Assembly (NCBI GenBank): GCA_966250335.1
Contig: CBINGZ010000024.1
Span: 10,842-74,841 of the forward strand
Direction of reading: 5' to 3'
From: an uncultured bacterium
GTDB lineage: Bacteria; Bacteroidota; Ignavibacteria; OLB7
Length of the DNA: 64,000 nucleotides
Part shown: positions 18,877 through 28,049 of the stretch, piece after piece
Layout of the letters: each line of letters opens with the position of its first letter
Numbering within the stretch: the first letter of the stretch is position 1
Notes under the pieces: model-generated
Databases searched by the model: none
The model's input: the letters and a program-made list of their open reading frames with translations, nothing else
What the model was told of the DNA's origin: nothing
Translations under genes and position numbers: made by a program

Positions 18877-20559
18877 ATGAAGAAGAGCCCTCTCCTGTTC
18901 CGTCCGAAGCTTCTCACCACGTTGAAGGATTATACCCGCGACCAGTTCCTGCGCGACCTGAGCGCCGGGACGATCGTCGGGATCGTTGCCCTGCCGCTCG
19001 CCATTGCGTTCGCGATCGCCAGCGGCGTCTCTCCGGAGAAGGGGCTGATTACCGCGGTCGTCGCCGGGTTCCTGATATCGGTGCTCGGGGGGAGCCGGGT
19101 GCAGATCGGCGGACCGACCGGCGCGTTCGTCGTCATCATCTACGGCATCGTGGAGCAGCACGGCACGGCGGGGCTGGCCGTGGCCTGTGTCATGGCGGGA
19201 GTCCTGCTGGTGATCATGGGGCTTGTGGGGTTCGGCTCGATCATCAAGTTCATCCCCCACCCGGTCATCGTCGGCTTCACCAGCGGGATCGCGCTGATCA
19301 TCTTTTCGTCGCAGGTCAAGGATTTCCTGGGGCTTGCGATGGGGCCGGTGCCGTCGGAGTTCCTGGAGAAATGGCGGGAGTACATTCATCAGCTTCCGAC
19401 GATCAACCCGGAAGCCGCTGCCGTGGCTCTCGCGTGCGTGCTGATCATCATCTTCTGGCCCCGTGTCTCGCATCGTATCCCCGGTCCCCTGGTTGCGCTG
19501 ATCCTCTCCACCGCGGCGGTTCACCTCCTCGATCTGAACGTTGAAACGATCGGATCACGATTCGGAAGCATCCCCTCCTCGATTCCCGCCCCGACCGTTC
19601 CCGACTTCGATATCGCCTCCCTCAGGGAGCTCTTTCCCTCGGCGCTGACGATCGCGCTCCTCGCCGCGATAGAATCGCTCCTCTCGGCCGTGGTGGCCGA
19701 CGGGATGATCGGCGGAAGGCACAGATCGAACACCGAACTGATCGCGCAGGGGATCGCCAATATCGCAAGCCCTCTCTTCGGCGGCATCCCGGCCACCGGC
19801 GCGATCGCCCGTACCGCCACGAACATCCGGAACGGCGGACGGACGCCGATCGCCGGCATCGTCCACGCGATCGTTCTCCTCATCATCATGCTGGCGCTCG
19901 GGCGCTGGGCGACCCTGATTCCGCTGCCGTGTCTGGCGGCGATCCTGACGGTGGTCGCCTACAACATGAGCGAATGGCGTTCGTTCCGTTCCATGCTCAG
20001 AAGCCCGCGGAGCGACGTTGCTGTGCTGGTCCTGACGTTCATCCTCACCGTCGTCATCGATCTCACGGTGGCGATCGAGGTCGGGATGGTCCTTTCGGTG
20101 CTTCTCTTCATGCGCCGCATGACCCTCGTCACCAACGTCGGGGTGATCACCAGGGAACTGGAGGATGACGACGCGGAGGATGCCGAGAGGGCCTCCGACG
20201 TCGGGTCGCGGTTCCCCGGGGTCGAGATCTATGAGATCAACGGGCCCCTCTTCTTCGGCGCCGCCTACAAGTTCGAGGAAGCGATGGAAACCGTCGAGGA
20301 GGCTCCGGTCGTGCGTGTGATCGGAATGAGGCATGTTCCCGCCATCGATGCCACGGGGCTGCATGCGCTGGAGGAGGCGGCCAAACGGATGCGGAGGAAG
20401 GGGGGCCATCTCGTCATTGCCGAGATCCATGCCCAGCCGCTGACGGCGATGCAGCGGGCCGGACTCGATGCCGTGATCGGAACCGAGAACATCTTCGGCG
20501 ATATGGAGTCGGCGCTCGGGCGGGCACGGGCGCTGGCGGAGGGAGCGAGGGGAACCTGA
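18877..20559 (+). CDS. SulP/SLC26 family anion transporter with STAS domain
   Basis: DLSAGTIVGIVALPLAIAFAIASG, GGSRVQIGGPTGAF, ATGAIARTATN; STAS INGPLFFGAA...IDATG. Confidence 0.93.
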   Translation: MKKSPLLFRPKLLTTLKDYTRDQFLRDLSAGTIVGIVALPLAIAFAIASGVSPEKGLITAVVAGFLISVLGGSRVQIGGPTGAFVVIIYGIVEQHGTAGLAVACVMAGVLLVIMGLVGFGSIIKFIPHPVIVGFTSGIALIIFSSQVKDFLGLAMGPVPSEFLEKWREYIHQLPTINPEAAAVALACVLIIIFWPRVSHRIPGPLVALILSTAAVHLLDLNVETIGSRFGSIPSSIPAPTVPDFDIASLRELFPSALTIALLAAIESLLSAVVADGMIGGRHRSNTELIAQGIANIASPLFGGIPATGAIARTATNIRNGGRTPIAGIVHAIVLLIIMLALGRWATLIPLPCLAAILTVVAYNMSEWRSFRSMLRSPRSDVAVLVLTFILTVVIDLTVAIEVGMVLSVLLFMRRMTLVTNVGVITRELEDDDAEDAERASDVGSRFPGVEIYEINGPLFFGAAYKFEEAMETVEEAPVVRVIGMRHVPAIDATGLHALEEAAKRMRRKGGHLVIAEIHAQPLTAMQRAGLDAVIGTENIFGDMESALGRARALAEGARGT

Positions 20560-20585
20560 CGGTCGGGGATCGCCCGCTTCGCCCG

Positions 20586-21521
20586 TCAGGCGTCGACGGT
20601 TCTCTCCCTGGACACCTCCGGCAGCAACGGCGCCACCGCCTCGAGCAGCACCCCGGTATACGCCTCTATCAGCGGGCGCTTCGTGTAGGCGCGCCGGTAG
20701 GTCACCTGCACATCGCGGTAGGGACTCGGCTCGATGAAGGGGCGCACGTGGCGGCGCTGGTCGGGCTCCAGATAGAGGGTGGCAAGGAACGGGAGGAGCG
20801 TCGTCCCGCCGACCCTGTCGACCAGACGGCAGAGGGTTTCCAGGCTTCCGCTTTCGAAGCGGATGGGGCGTCCCCCTCCGCACCTGTCGGGATGGTCGCA
20901 GACGCGGATCACCTGGTCGCGGAAGCAGTGGCCGTCGGTCAGGAGCCACATATCGTCGATCGATAGATCGTCCGGGGCGATCCGTGGCGCGCCCGCCAGA
21001 CGATGCTCCGCGCCGATGTAGGCGACGAACGGCTCCCTGAAGAGAGGGCGCGAGACGAACCCCGGCCGTTCGGTCGAGGTCGCCACCAGGGCCGCGTCGA
21101 GTCGATCCATCGACATCTCCTCGAAAATCCTCTCCGTCGTCAGTTCGTGGACCACCAGTTCCACGTCGGGGTAGCGCTCGGCGAAGGGGGCGGTCACCAC
21201 CGGCAGGATGTAGGCGGCGAGGGTCGGGATGATCCCCAGCCGAAGCTCCCCGGCCACGGTGCCGGAGGCCTCGCTGAGAAGATCCTGCATTCTGTCCCGT
21301 TCCGCCAGGATGTTCCGCGCCTGCTCGACGATCCTTTCCCCCAGCTCGGTCGTCCGCACCGGCGTTCTGCTTCTGTCGAAGATCTGCACCCCCAGTTCCT
21401 CCTCCAGTTTCTGGATCTGCATGCTCAGGGTCGGCTGCGATACGCAGCACTGTTCCGAGGCGCGGCCGAAATGACGGCAGGCGTCGACGGCGACGATATA
21501 GGCGAGCTGGGTGAGCGTCAT
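20586..21521 (-). CDS. oxyR: Hydrogen peroxide-sensing LysR regulator OxyR
   Basis: LysR HTH (HFGRASEQCCVSQPTLSMQIQKLEEELG); redox motif DGHCFRDQVIRVC (C199/C208 equivalents); divergent from catalase. Confidence 0.92.
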   Translation of the reverse strand: MTLTQLAYIVAVDACRHFGRASEQCCVSQPTLSMQIQKLEEELGVQIFDRSRTPVRTTELGERIVEQARNILAERDRMQDLLSEASGTVAGELRLGIIPTLAAYILPVVTAPFAERYPDVELVVHELTTERIFEEMSMDRLDAALVATSTERPGFVSRPLFREPFVAYIGAEHRLAGAPRIAPDDLSIDDMWLLTDGHCFRDQVIRVCDHPDRCGGGRPIRFESGSLETLCRLVDRVGGTTLLPFLATLYLEPDQRRHVRPFIEPSPYRDVQVTYRRAYTKRPLIEAYTGVLLEAVAPLLPEVSRERTVDA

Positions 21522-21545
21522 GGGGAATCTCCGGCGGGAATCGCG

Positions 21546-21596
21546 GTTATAGCTATTGCTTATGAGAAGATAAAAACAATCGATTATCTCTATAAC
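21546..21596. promoter_or_regulatory. Putative OxyR operator
   Basis: AT-rich segment bounded by inverted gttatag/ctataac, with ATAG-N7-TTAT and ATCG-N7-CTAT elements resembling OxyR ATAG-N7-CTAT arrays, between oxyR and katA. Confidence 0.7.
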
Positions 21597-21682
21597 TCCG
21601 ATTCCCCTAACTTATTGTCGACTCCGGGAATCCCTTCGGCCGCATGGACGCTTCGGCGGGCGGAAGGGAGGGAACCTCAACC

Positions 21683-23209
21683 GTGGACAATCACACCAAC
21701 ATGGACAATCAGAAAAAACTGACGACGCTCACCGGAGCGCCGATTGCGGACAACCAGAACTCGCTGACCGCCGGTCCGCGCGGTCCCCTGCTGATGCAGG
21801 ATGTGCAGCTTCTGGAGCAGATGCAGCGTTTCAACCGCGAGCGCATTCCGGAGCGGGTCGTACACGCCAAGGGCTCGGGCGCCTACGGTACGTTCCGTGT
21901 GACGCGCGACGTGAGCCGCTACACCAAGGCGGCGTTCCTCTCCGAGATCGGCAAGGAGACGGAGACGTTTCTCCGCTTCTCGACGGTGGCGGGGGAGCGC
22001 GGCGCCGCCGACGGCGAGCGTGACGTGCGCGGATTCGCGCTTCGGTTCTACACCGAGCAGGGGAACTGGGACCTGGTGGGGAACAACACGCCGGTCTTCT
22101 TCGTGCGCGACCCGCACAAGTTCGCCATGTTCATCCATACCCAGAAGCGCCATCCGGAGACCAACCTGCGCGACGTGAATATGCAGTGGGATTTCTGGTC
22201 GCTCTGCCCGGAGTCGCTGCATCAGGTGACGATCCTGTTCTCCGATCGCGGCATCCCCGCCTCCTACCGTCATCTGGACGGCTTCGGGAGCCACACCTAC
22301 TCCTTCGTCAACGCGGAAGGGGAGCGGGTCTGGGTCAAGTTCCATTTCAAGACGCAGCAGGGGATCAGGAATCTGACCGACGACGAGGCGACCGAGCTGA
22401 TCGGCAAGGATCGCGAGTCGCACCAGCGCGATCTCTTCCATGCGATCGAGCAGGGGGATTTCCCCCGCTGGACCGTCTACATCCAGGTGATGACCCAGGC
22501 GCAGGCGGAGGAGTTCCGCTGGAACCCGTTCGATCTCACCAAGGTCTGGCCGCACGGCGAGTTCCCGCTGATCGAAACCGGCGTGCTGGAGCTGAACCGG
22601 AACCCGGAGAACTATTTCGCCGAGGTCGAGCAGGCCGCGTTCAAGCCGAGCTCGCTGGTGCCGGGGATCGGCCCCAGCCCCGACAAGATGCTCCAGGCCC
22701 GCCTGATGAGCTACGCCGACACCCATCTCTATCGCCTGGGCGTCAACCACACGCAGCTTCCGGTCAATCGTCCGCGGGTGGAGGTGAACGCCTATGTCCA
22801 GCGCGACGGGCTGATGTTCGTGAATAACGGAACGGGACATCCCAACTACTTCCCGAACAGCGTGGCCGGCTCACCCGCCGAGTCTCCGGAGGTCGCCGAT
22901 CCGGCATGGGATCTGGGAAGCACGATCGTGGCCCGATACGATTCCAGGGTCGACCACGACGACTACACCCAGCCCGGGAATCTCTACCGTCTGTTCGACG
23001 AGGGGCAGCGCGATCGTCTTGCCAAGAGGATTGCCGGTGGGCTTGGACAGTGCAGCCGGGAGATCCAGCTCCGTCAGCTCGGGCATTTCTACAAAGCCGA
23101 CGAGGATTACGGTCGTCGTGTTCAGGCGGAGCTCAACATCTCGGTCGAGGAAGCCGCCGACGAGCTGGGAACGCGCGACGCCGTTCCGGTCGACGCCGAG
23201 GCGGTGTAA
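21683..23209 (+). CDS. katA: Monofunctional heme catalase (small subunit)
   Basis: [50 protein letters not shown]; start GTG 21683 or ATG 21701. Confidence 0.96.
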   Translation: MDNHTNMDNQKKLTTLTGAPIADNQNSLTAGPRGPLLMQDVQLLEQMQRFNRERIPERVVHAKGSGAYGTFRVTRDVSRYTKAAFLSEIGKETETFLRFSTVAGERGAADGERDVRGFALRFYTEQGNWDLVGNNTPVFFVRDPHKFAMFIHTQKRHPETNLRDVNMQWDFWSLCPESLHQVTILFSDRGIPASYRHLDGFGSHTYSFVNAEGERVWVKFHFKTQQGIRNLTDDEATELIGKDRESHQRDLFHAIEQGDFPRWTVYIQVMTQAQAEEFRWNPFDLTKVWPHGEFPLIETGVLELNRNPENYFAEVEQAAFKPSSLVPGIGPSPDKMLQARLMSYADTHLYRLGVNHTQLPVNRPRVEVNAYVQRDGLMFVNNGTGHPNYFPNSVAGSPAESPEVADPAWDLGSTIVARYDSRVDHDDYTQPGNLYRLFDEGQRDRLAKRIAGGLGQCSREIQLRQLGHFYKADEDYGRRVQAELNISVEEAADELGTRDAVPVDAEAV

Positions 23210-23308
23210 GCGATCCCCAGGGGAACGAAGAGGCGATGATGATCACGAACGGCCCCGGCCCGGCGCCGGGGTCGTTCGCGACGACTTCATGCAAACATTT
23301 CAGATACC

Positions 23309-23779
23309 ATGATCGACATATCGAACATCGATTATCATGAGATAGCAAGGCGGGGCGACAGCGAGGTGATGGAGGTGATGCTCCGCGCCGGACTCGACCC
23401 CAACCTTCGGGACGAACGGGGCTACACGCTGCTGATGATCGCCGCCTACAATCATCGTATCGAGATGCTTGATCTGCTGGCCGCTCACGGCGCCGGTGTC
23501 GATATCCCGGACGGGGGAGGGAACACCCCGCTGATGGGGATCTGTTTCAAGGGGTACGACGAGGTGGCGAGGAAGCTGGTGGAGATGGGCGCCGACCCGA
23601 ACGCGCGCAACGGCGCGGGGGCGACCCCGCTGATGATGGCCGCCATGTTCGGTCAGGAGGGGATCGCCCGCCTCCTTCTTGCGAACGGCGCCGACAGAGC
23701 CCTGACCGATCCGCAGGGGCTCACCGCCCACGACTGGGCGCGCCGCCACGGGCAGGCGGGGATTGCCGAGATGCTGTAA
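23309..23779 (+). CDS. Ankyrin repeat protein (catalase-associated, AnkB-like)
   Basis: GYTLLMIAAY, GNTPLMG, GATPLMMAA repeats; directly downstream of catalase. Confidence 0.88.
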   Translation: MIDISNIDYHEIARRGDSEVMEVMLRAGLDPNLRDERGYTLLMIAAYNHRIEMLDLLAAHGAGVDIPDGGGNTPLMGICFKGYDEVARKLVEMGADPNARNGAGATPLMMAAMFGQEGIARLLLANGADRALTDPQGLTAHDWARRHGQAGIAEML

Positions 23780-23785
23780 ACGGCG

Positions 23786-23815
23786 CGCGGGCCGGGGACT
23801 TATCCCCGGCCCGCG
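23786..23815. terminator. GC-rich hairpin between convergent genes
   Basis: 13-bp stem cgcgggccgggga / tccccggcccgcg. Confidence 0.6.
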
Positions 23816-23901
23816 TCGCATATCGGCATCGTCGTTCCCGATCGCATCCCCTGTACGGACACGCTCCGAAGAGAATATCGGTGAACGATGCGCCTCCTCC
23901 C

Positions 23902-24378
23902 TTAGAATTTCACGTCGAACTTCCCCTCGGTGATCGAGCGGCTTCCGCTCCCTCCCTGTGCCTCCGCTGCCTCGAACGAGAAGGTGCCGGTGGCGCCGGA
24001 GGAGGAGATCCTCTCCACCGTGATCGTTCCGCTCGACCCGCTGAAGATCTTTACGCTGATTCCTCCCGTGGAGGTCGATTCCGTGTAGGTGGCGTTGACC
24101 CCGGCGAACGGGTTGACCTGGAAGGTGCCGGGTCCCGAGGCCATCGCCGTCAGGTTGATCTGGTTGTTGTTCCCACCGTTGATCTGCGATCCTCCGATCG
24201 AAAGAACGTTGTTCGTCCAGACCGCCTGGACGTTCGTGGCCGACCAGTTGCTGCCGCTCACCTTGGCGCTGACCGATCCGTTCGGCGTGGAATTCCCCGT
24301 CGGCTCGTCGTCGCCGCATCCGGCGACCGGGATCAGGGTGCATGCCAGAAGAAGGAAGAGTGCAATCCGATTTCTCAT
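23902..24378 (-). CDS. Beta-rich lipoprotein (DUF6252-like)
   Basis: Lipobox VAG-C, then SAKVSGSNWSAT...GTFSFEA...ITEGKFDVKF. Confidence 0.7.
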   Translation of the reverse strand: MRNRIALFLLLACTLIPVAGCGDDEPTGNSTPNGSVSAKVSGSNWSATNVQAVWTNNVLSIGGSQINGGNNNQINLTAMASGPGTFQVNPFAGVNATYTESTSTGGISVKIFSGSSGTITVERISSSGATGTFSFEAAEAQGGSGSRSITEGKFDVKF

Positions 24379-24495
24379 GGTTCCGTGCTCCGTCGTTCCT
24401 ATATGTGTGACTGTGGACTCGGTACAAACATCCTCACGTCCGGGGCGGGAGAAAAACCGGCTTTCGGCATATTCTTACCGCCGGCCCGGGGGAGC

Positions 24496-24503
24496 GCCGG
24501 TTC
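24496..24503 (+). repeat. 8-bp target site duplication GCCGGTTC (left copy)
   Basis: Immediately precedes the left TIR; identical to 27885-27892. Confidence 0.9.
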
Positions 24504-24707
24504 GGTAGTGTCTCATTTCCATTTTCCCGATTCTGGGGGACTTCGTAACGTTGCCGATCGACAGAGAGCCGGATAGATTGGGAGCATCCAAACATGCCAC
24601 GGCTTCGGCCGTTCTCCTTATCCACGGCTCAACCGTCCGGTCACCGTGAGGCCCGGAGCGCCTAGCATGGCGCGGATAACGGTTGAGCCGTTCTATCCGA
24701 ACATGCT

Positions 24708-24926
24708 ATGTCTACCTTCACGCAGGAACACAGTCGGGGGTTATCCCCGCCCGTACGTGTTACCGTCATCGACCGGCTGAACTACATCGCCGCGTTCGTC
24801 GATCTCCTCCGCGACTCCTTCGAGCTGGCGAACAGAGACTACGGGCCGAGCTTCGGGAACAAGGTCGTGGTGGTCAACTACATCGATCAGGAGCTTGCGG
24901 CGCTGGCGTCCGAACTGGAACAGTAG
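24708..24926 (+). CDS. Small hypothetical protein (72 aa) inside the IS
   Basis: ORF with amphipathic helical character, convergent with the transposase; separated from it by hairpin 24945-24982. Confidence 0.5.
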   Translation: MSTFTQEHSRGLSPPVRVTVIDRLNYIAAFVDLLRDSFELANRDYGPSFGNKVVVVNYIDQELAALASELEQ

Positions 24927-24944
24927 AGCAAGGAAGCAAGTACG

Positions 24945-24982
24945 AACAGGCCCCGTCTGGATCACACCGGACGGGGCCTGTT
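24945..24982. terminator. Hairpin between convergent small ORF and transposase
   Basis: aacaggccccgtctgg / ccggacggggcctgtt 16-bp stem (one G-U). Confidence 0.65.
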
Positions 24983-24984
24983 GC

Positions 24985-25821
24985 TTACGGAACCAGCTTC
25001 GCGATATCCTCGATCGTCCAGAGCTTCGGCGTGACTCCCGCTTCCATCGCCGGGGTGACACGGAGGGACTTGTGGATACGGGCGAAGTTGTAATGCATGA
25101 AGTGGAGGGCGACCGCATGCGCATGGTTCTCCACCTTCTTTGAGAAGCCGTTCGTGAGCCGGGTAAACCGGCGCATCTGCATTCGCATCGTGAGGTTCTG
25201 GCGCTCTACGTAGGACGTGGAGATATGCTTACGATCCGGCGCGCCGTTGATGATCTCCTTCTTCGCCCCGGTGCATTCAGCCGGGCTATATCGCTTCTCT
25301 GATCCTTCGCCGTCCGGTGAGGGGCCGTAGATCTTCACAAGCTGGGCATAGTCAACGTCGGCCCCGAACGCTTCGTCAATCGCCCGGACATAGACGTTCA
25401 GGCCGTCGCTGGTGATCTGTACGCGCTCCGCCAGTCGTCCGGCAAGGTCATTGATGAACGTTGCCGCACACTCTGCATCACGGGCACCGACAAGCCACGA
25501 CGGAATGAGCTTCGTATCGGCGTCTATGGCCGTCCATGTCCACACATCACCCACCGTTCCCCGCTCCTCCCGCATCGCCTCAGTCGCGTTCTTCTGCTTC
25601 GCGTAGACAAACGACCAAATCTCATCGACCTGTAGCCGCTTGCACGGCAGGTTCCGCAGGTGCTCATCCTGATAGGCTGCACACACCGTTCCAGCGTCCA
25701 CCAAGAGCTTCGTGACCGTGTTGATCGAGACATCTGCCATACGCGACGTAGCGCGAAGGCTTGTCCCCTCAACGAGGCAATGAAGGATCTGGGTCCGTTT
25801 AGCGAGCGAGAGCTTATTCAT
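24985..25821 (-). CDS. IS1-family DDE transposase (single ORF, HTH + DDE)
   Basis: HTH (SLRATSRMADVSINTVTKLL), QVDEIWSFV, WTWTAID, ITSDG, SYVERQNLTMRMQMRRFTRLTNGFSKK (InsB-like ERxNxTxR...FSK). Confidence 0.92.
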   Translation of the reverse strand: MNKLSLAKRTQILHCLVEGTSLRATSRMADVSINTVTKLLVDAGTVCAAYQDEHLRNLPCKRLQVDEIWSFVYAKQKNATEAMREERGTVGDVWTWTAIDADTKLIPSWLVGARDAECAATFINDLAGRLAERVQITSDGLNVYVRAIDEAFGADVDYAQLVKIYGPSPDGEGSEKRYSPAECTGAKKEIINGAPDRKHISTSYVERQNLTMRMQMRRFTRLTNGFSKKVENHAHAVALHFMHYNFARIHKSLRVTPAMEAGVTPKLWTIEDIAKLVP

Positions 25822-25927
25822 GGCACAAAGATATAGAATAATGCTTTACCGTACAAGCATAATAGTCAATTAGGCATTTTTATGCAAAAATCGTGTATTC
25901 TATACGCAAATACATTGCTAATATAAA

Positions 25928-25955
25928 AAAAATTAGCATGATGCCGCTAATTTTT
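25928..25955. promoter_or_regulatory. Palindromic operator-like site upstream of fic
   Basis: aaaaattagc-N8-gctaattttt perfect 10-bp arms in the AT-rich divergent promoter region. Confidence 0.5.
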
Positions 25956-26009
25956 CTTATATTAGCTCCATGTTAGCGCGTACAACTATAACATGAATGG
26001 AGGATTGAG

Positions 26010-27398
26010 ATGAGAGTTCCAAAGCGGCCGCCCAACTTCCCGAACTTATTTAAGACGATCTTGGAAGGCCCGGAGGGGTCACAGCGGTTAACTAAGATTG
26101 TGAGCAGTGGTATTGGCCCTACGCAAGCGGGTCAGTATAGGCATTGGCATACCCTTCGCTACTTGACTCCACCAGAGGGCCTTACCGTCGAAGAGTGGTG
26201 GGTGGGTATAAAGATGGCCCGCTCATTCATACAACACAAGATTCCGCTTGCTGATGCACAGGGCAAACCGATGCACTTCACGACCCCGGATATATTACAC
26301 AGGATGTGTCCGTTGATCGACCAAAGCTCTGCGGGATCAATAAGGAGTAGCGAGCAAGCGATTACCGCAACGGATCGTGACTTCTACATCTTTAAATCGC
26401 TTTCGGACGAAGCGATCACATCAAGCCAGATTGAAGGAGCGTCGACAACTCGGGAAGTAGCTAAAGAGATGATACGGACTGGTCGTCAGCCGATGGATAA
26501 GAGCGAGCGAATGATTTACAACAACTATTTGGCGATGATGTTCATCCGTACGATCAAAGATCAGCCGCTTACTCCAAAAATAATATTTGAAATCCATCAA
26601 ATACTTACCGACGGCACCCTTGATAAGCCTGAAGCGGCCGGTAGATTACGGCGAAGCGATGAAGATATACGTATTTTTGACGATGTTTCCAACGAGGTTT
26701 TGCATGTCCCGCCGCCAGCGGATGAGCTTCGGTCGCGCATGAAAGCGATGTGTGATTTTGCCAATGATGTCGATTCCAGCAACTACATTCATCCCGTAAT
26801 CCGGGCTATACTGCTGCATTTTTGGCTTGCCTATGACCATCCATTCGTCGATGGCAATGGGAGAACCGCACGCGCTCTGTTCTATTGGCTAATGGCAAGG
26901 CAACAGTATTGGCTTTTTGAATTCATCTCAATATCAAGCATAATCCACGAGGGGCCTGCAAACTATGCACGGTCCTTTCTATACGTTGAAACGGATGATT
27001 GCGATATTACATACTTCATACTTAACCAATTAGCTGTTGTGCTCCGTGCTATTGACGATCTGCATGATTATCTGCGCCGAAAGGAAACTGAGATTGCGGA
27101 AGTCCGTGAGCTGCTGTCAAAGACAAAACTTGCTTCATTGATGTTTAATCATCGACAAATGGCGATCATCAATCATAGTCTGAAAAATAGCCATTCGATA
27201 TACACCTCGGAGTCGCATCGACGTTCGCACAATGTAAGCCCCCAGACCGCAAGGACTGATCTGCTTGAACTTGCCAAGCATGGGCTGCTATCGCAACACA
27301 AAAGCGGTGGCGCATATTACTTTAGCATTCCCGGTAATCTTAAGGATAGGATTATGGCTTTGGCTGATTCAGAATTCAAATCATCAACTGCGAAGTAG
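26010..27398 (+). CDS. Fic family protein (AMPylase) with C-terminal winged HTH
   Basis: Canonical HPFVDGNGRTAR motif; N-terminal inhibitory-type SSQIEG; C-terminal VSPQTARTDLLELAKHGLL; ggagg RBS; visibly AT-richer than flanking host genes. Confidence 0.93.
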   Translation: MRVPKRPPNFPNLFKTILEGPEGSQRLTKIVSSGIGPTQAGQYRHWHTLRYLTPPEGLTVEEWWVGIKMARSFIQHKIPLADAQGKPMHFTTPDILHRMCPLIDQSSAGSIRSSEQAITATDRDFYIFKSLSDEAITSSQIEGASTTREVAKEMIRTGRQPMDKSERMIYNNYLAMMFIRTIKDQPLTPKIIFEIHQILTDGTLDKPEAAGRLRRSDEDIRIFDDVSNEVLHVPPPADELRSRMKAMCDFANDVDSSNYIHPVIRAILLHFWLAYDHPFVDGNGRTARALFYWLMARQQYWLFEFISISSIIHEGPANYARSFLYVETDDCDITYFILNQLAVVLRAIDDLHDYLRRKETEIAEVRELLSKTKLASLMFNHRQMAIINHSLKNSHSIYTSESHRRSHNVSPQTARTDLLELAKHGLLSQHKSGGAYYFSIPGNLKDRIMALADSEFKSSTAK

Positions 27399-27446
27399 AT
27401 AGGCGTAGACGCAATCTATTTATGCTGTTGGTGCAGAAGCGAACAG

Positions 27447-27480
27447 GCGGGACACTTCCGATTTTTTGGAAGTGTCCCGC
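27447..27480. terminator. Hairpin between convergent fic and KGG genes
   Basis: 13-bp perfect stem gcgggacacttcc / ggaagtgtcccgc. Confidence 0.7.
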
Positions 27481-27503
27481 TATAGACTTTGATGCTGGCT
27501 GTC

Positions 27504-27746
27504 CTACTCTTTCTTCTTCCACCGTGCCGCTGCTGCCTTCTGCGCAATCTCCTTCCGCTGTCTTGGCGTCAGCTTTTCAGCCCGTGCCTTGCCCCCTTTG
27601 AGCCCTCCACGACGGCCTAGCGCGACCGCTGCCGGGTCTTTGGTCGGTTCCGGCTCTGCGGGTTCCTCAGCGTCGCCGGTGGCGATATCCAAGATCCGCT
27701 TGGCGCGCTGGTTCGGATCGCGGGGAAGGTTCTTCGGAGTCTTCAT
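27504..27746 (-). CDS. Small basic KGG-motif protein (80 aa)
   Basis: MKTPKNLPRDPNQRAKRILDIATG...KDPAAVALGRRGGLKGGKARAEKLTPRQRKEIAQKAAAARW; ATG 27746. Confidence 0.85.
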   Translation of the reverse strand: MKTPKNLPRDPNQRAKRILDIATGDAEEPAEPEPTKDPAAVALGRRGGLKGGKARAEKLTPRQRKEIAQKAAAARWKKKE

Positions 27747-27884
27747 GCGGGAGTTCTCTACCGTTGACGATGGATCGCTCAATGTCCCTCTTGGGGTTCC
27801 TTGAGCGGACAAGCATTCACGGTTACAAAGGTCGGGAACTCCGGGGGACTAGTGCAAGGGAAGAAATCAAACTGAGACACTACC

Positions 27885-27892
27885 GCCGGTTC
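27885..27892 (+). repeat. 8-bp target site duplication GCCGGTTC (right copy)
   Basis: Immediately follows the right TIR. Confidence 0.9.
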
Positions 27893-28049
27893 AGGCGGCT
27901 TGCAGGCATCTCCCCGAATCGGTAGTATTGCACGATTTTCTTCACGATGATAGCACGCCCGATCTTCGACCCTGCCTTGAACGACCCGGAATCCTCTCGC
28001 AGCAATCGATAGACAACCCCCCATCCTCAACCTACTTGTAGGGACTTTC

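Larger units (their letters stand above)
24504..27884. mobile_element. IS1-family transposon with passenger genes, 3381 bp
   Basis: Left end ggtagtgtctcatttccattt (24504-24524) and right end reverse complement ggtagtgtctcagtttgattt (27864-27884) match at 18/21; flanked by direct repeat gccggttc at 24496-24503 and 27885-27892; encloses a DDE transposase. Confidence 0.92.

Noticed and set aside
26010-27746. Fic and KGG protein as a toxin-antitoxin pair
   Set aside because: The genes are convergent, Fic has its own inhibitory motif, and the small protein lacks the (S/T)xxxE(G/N) antitoxin motif.
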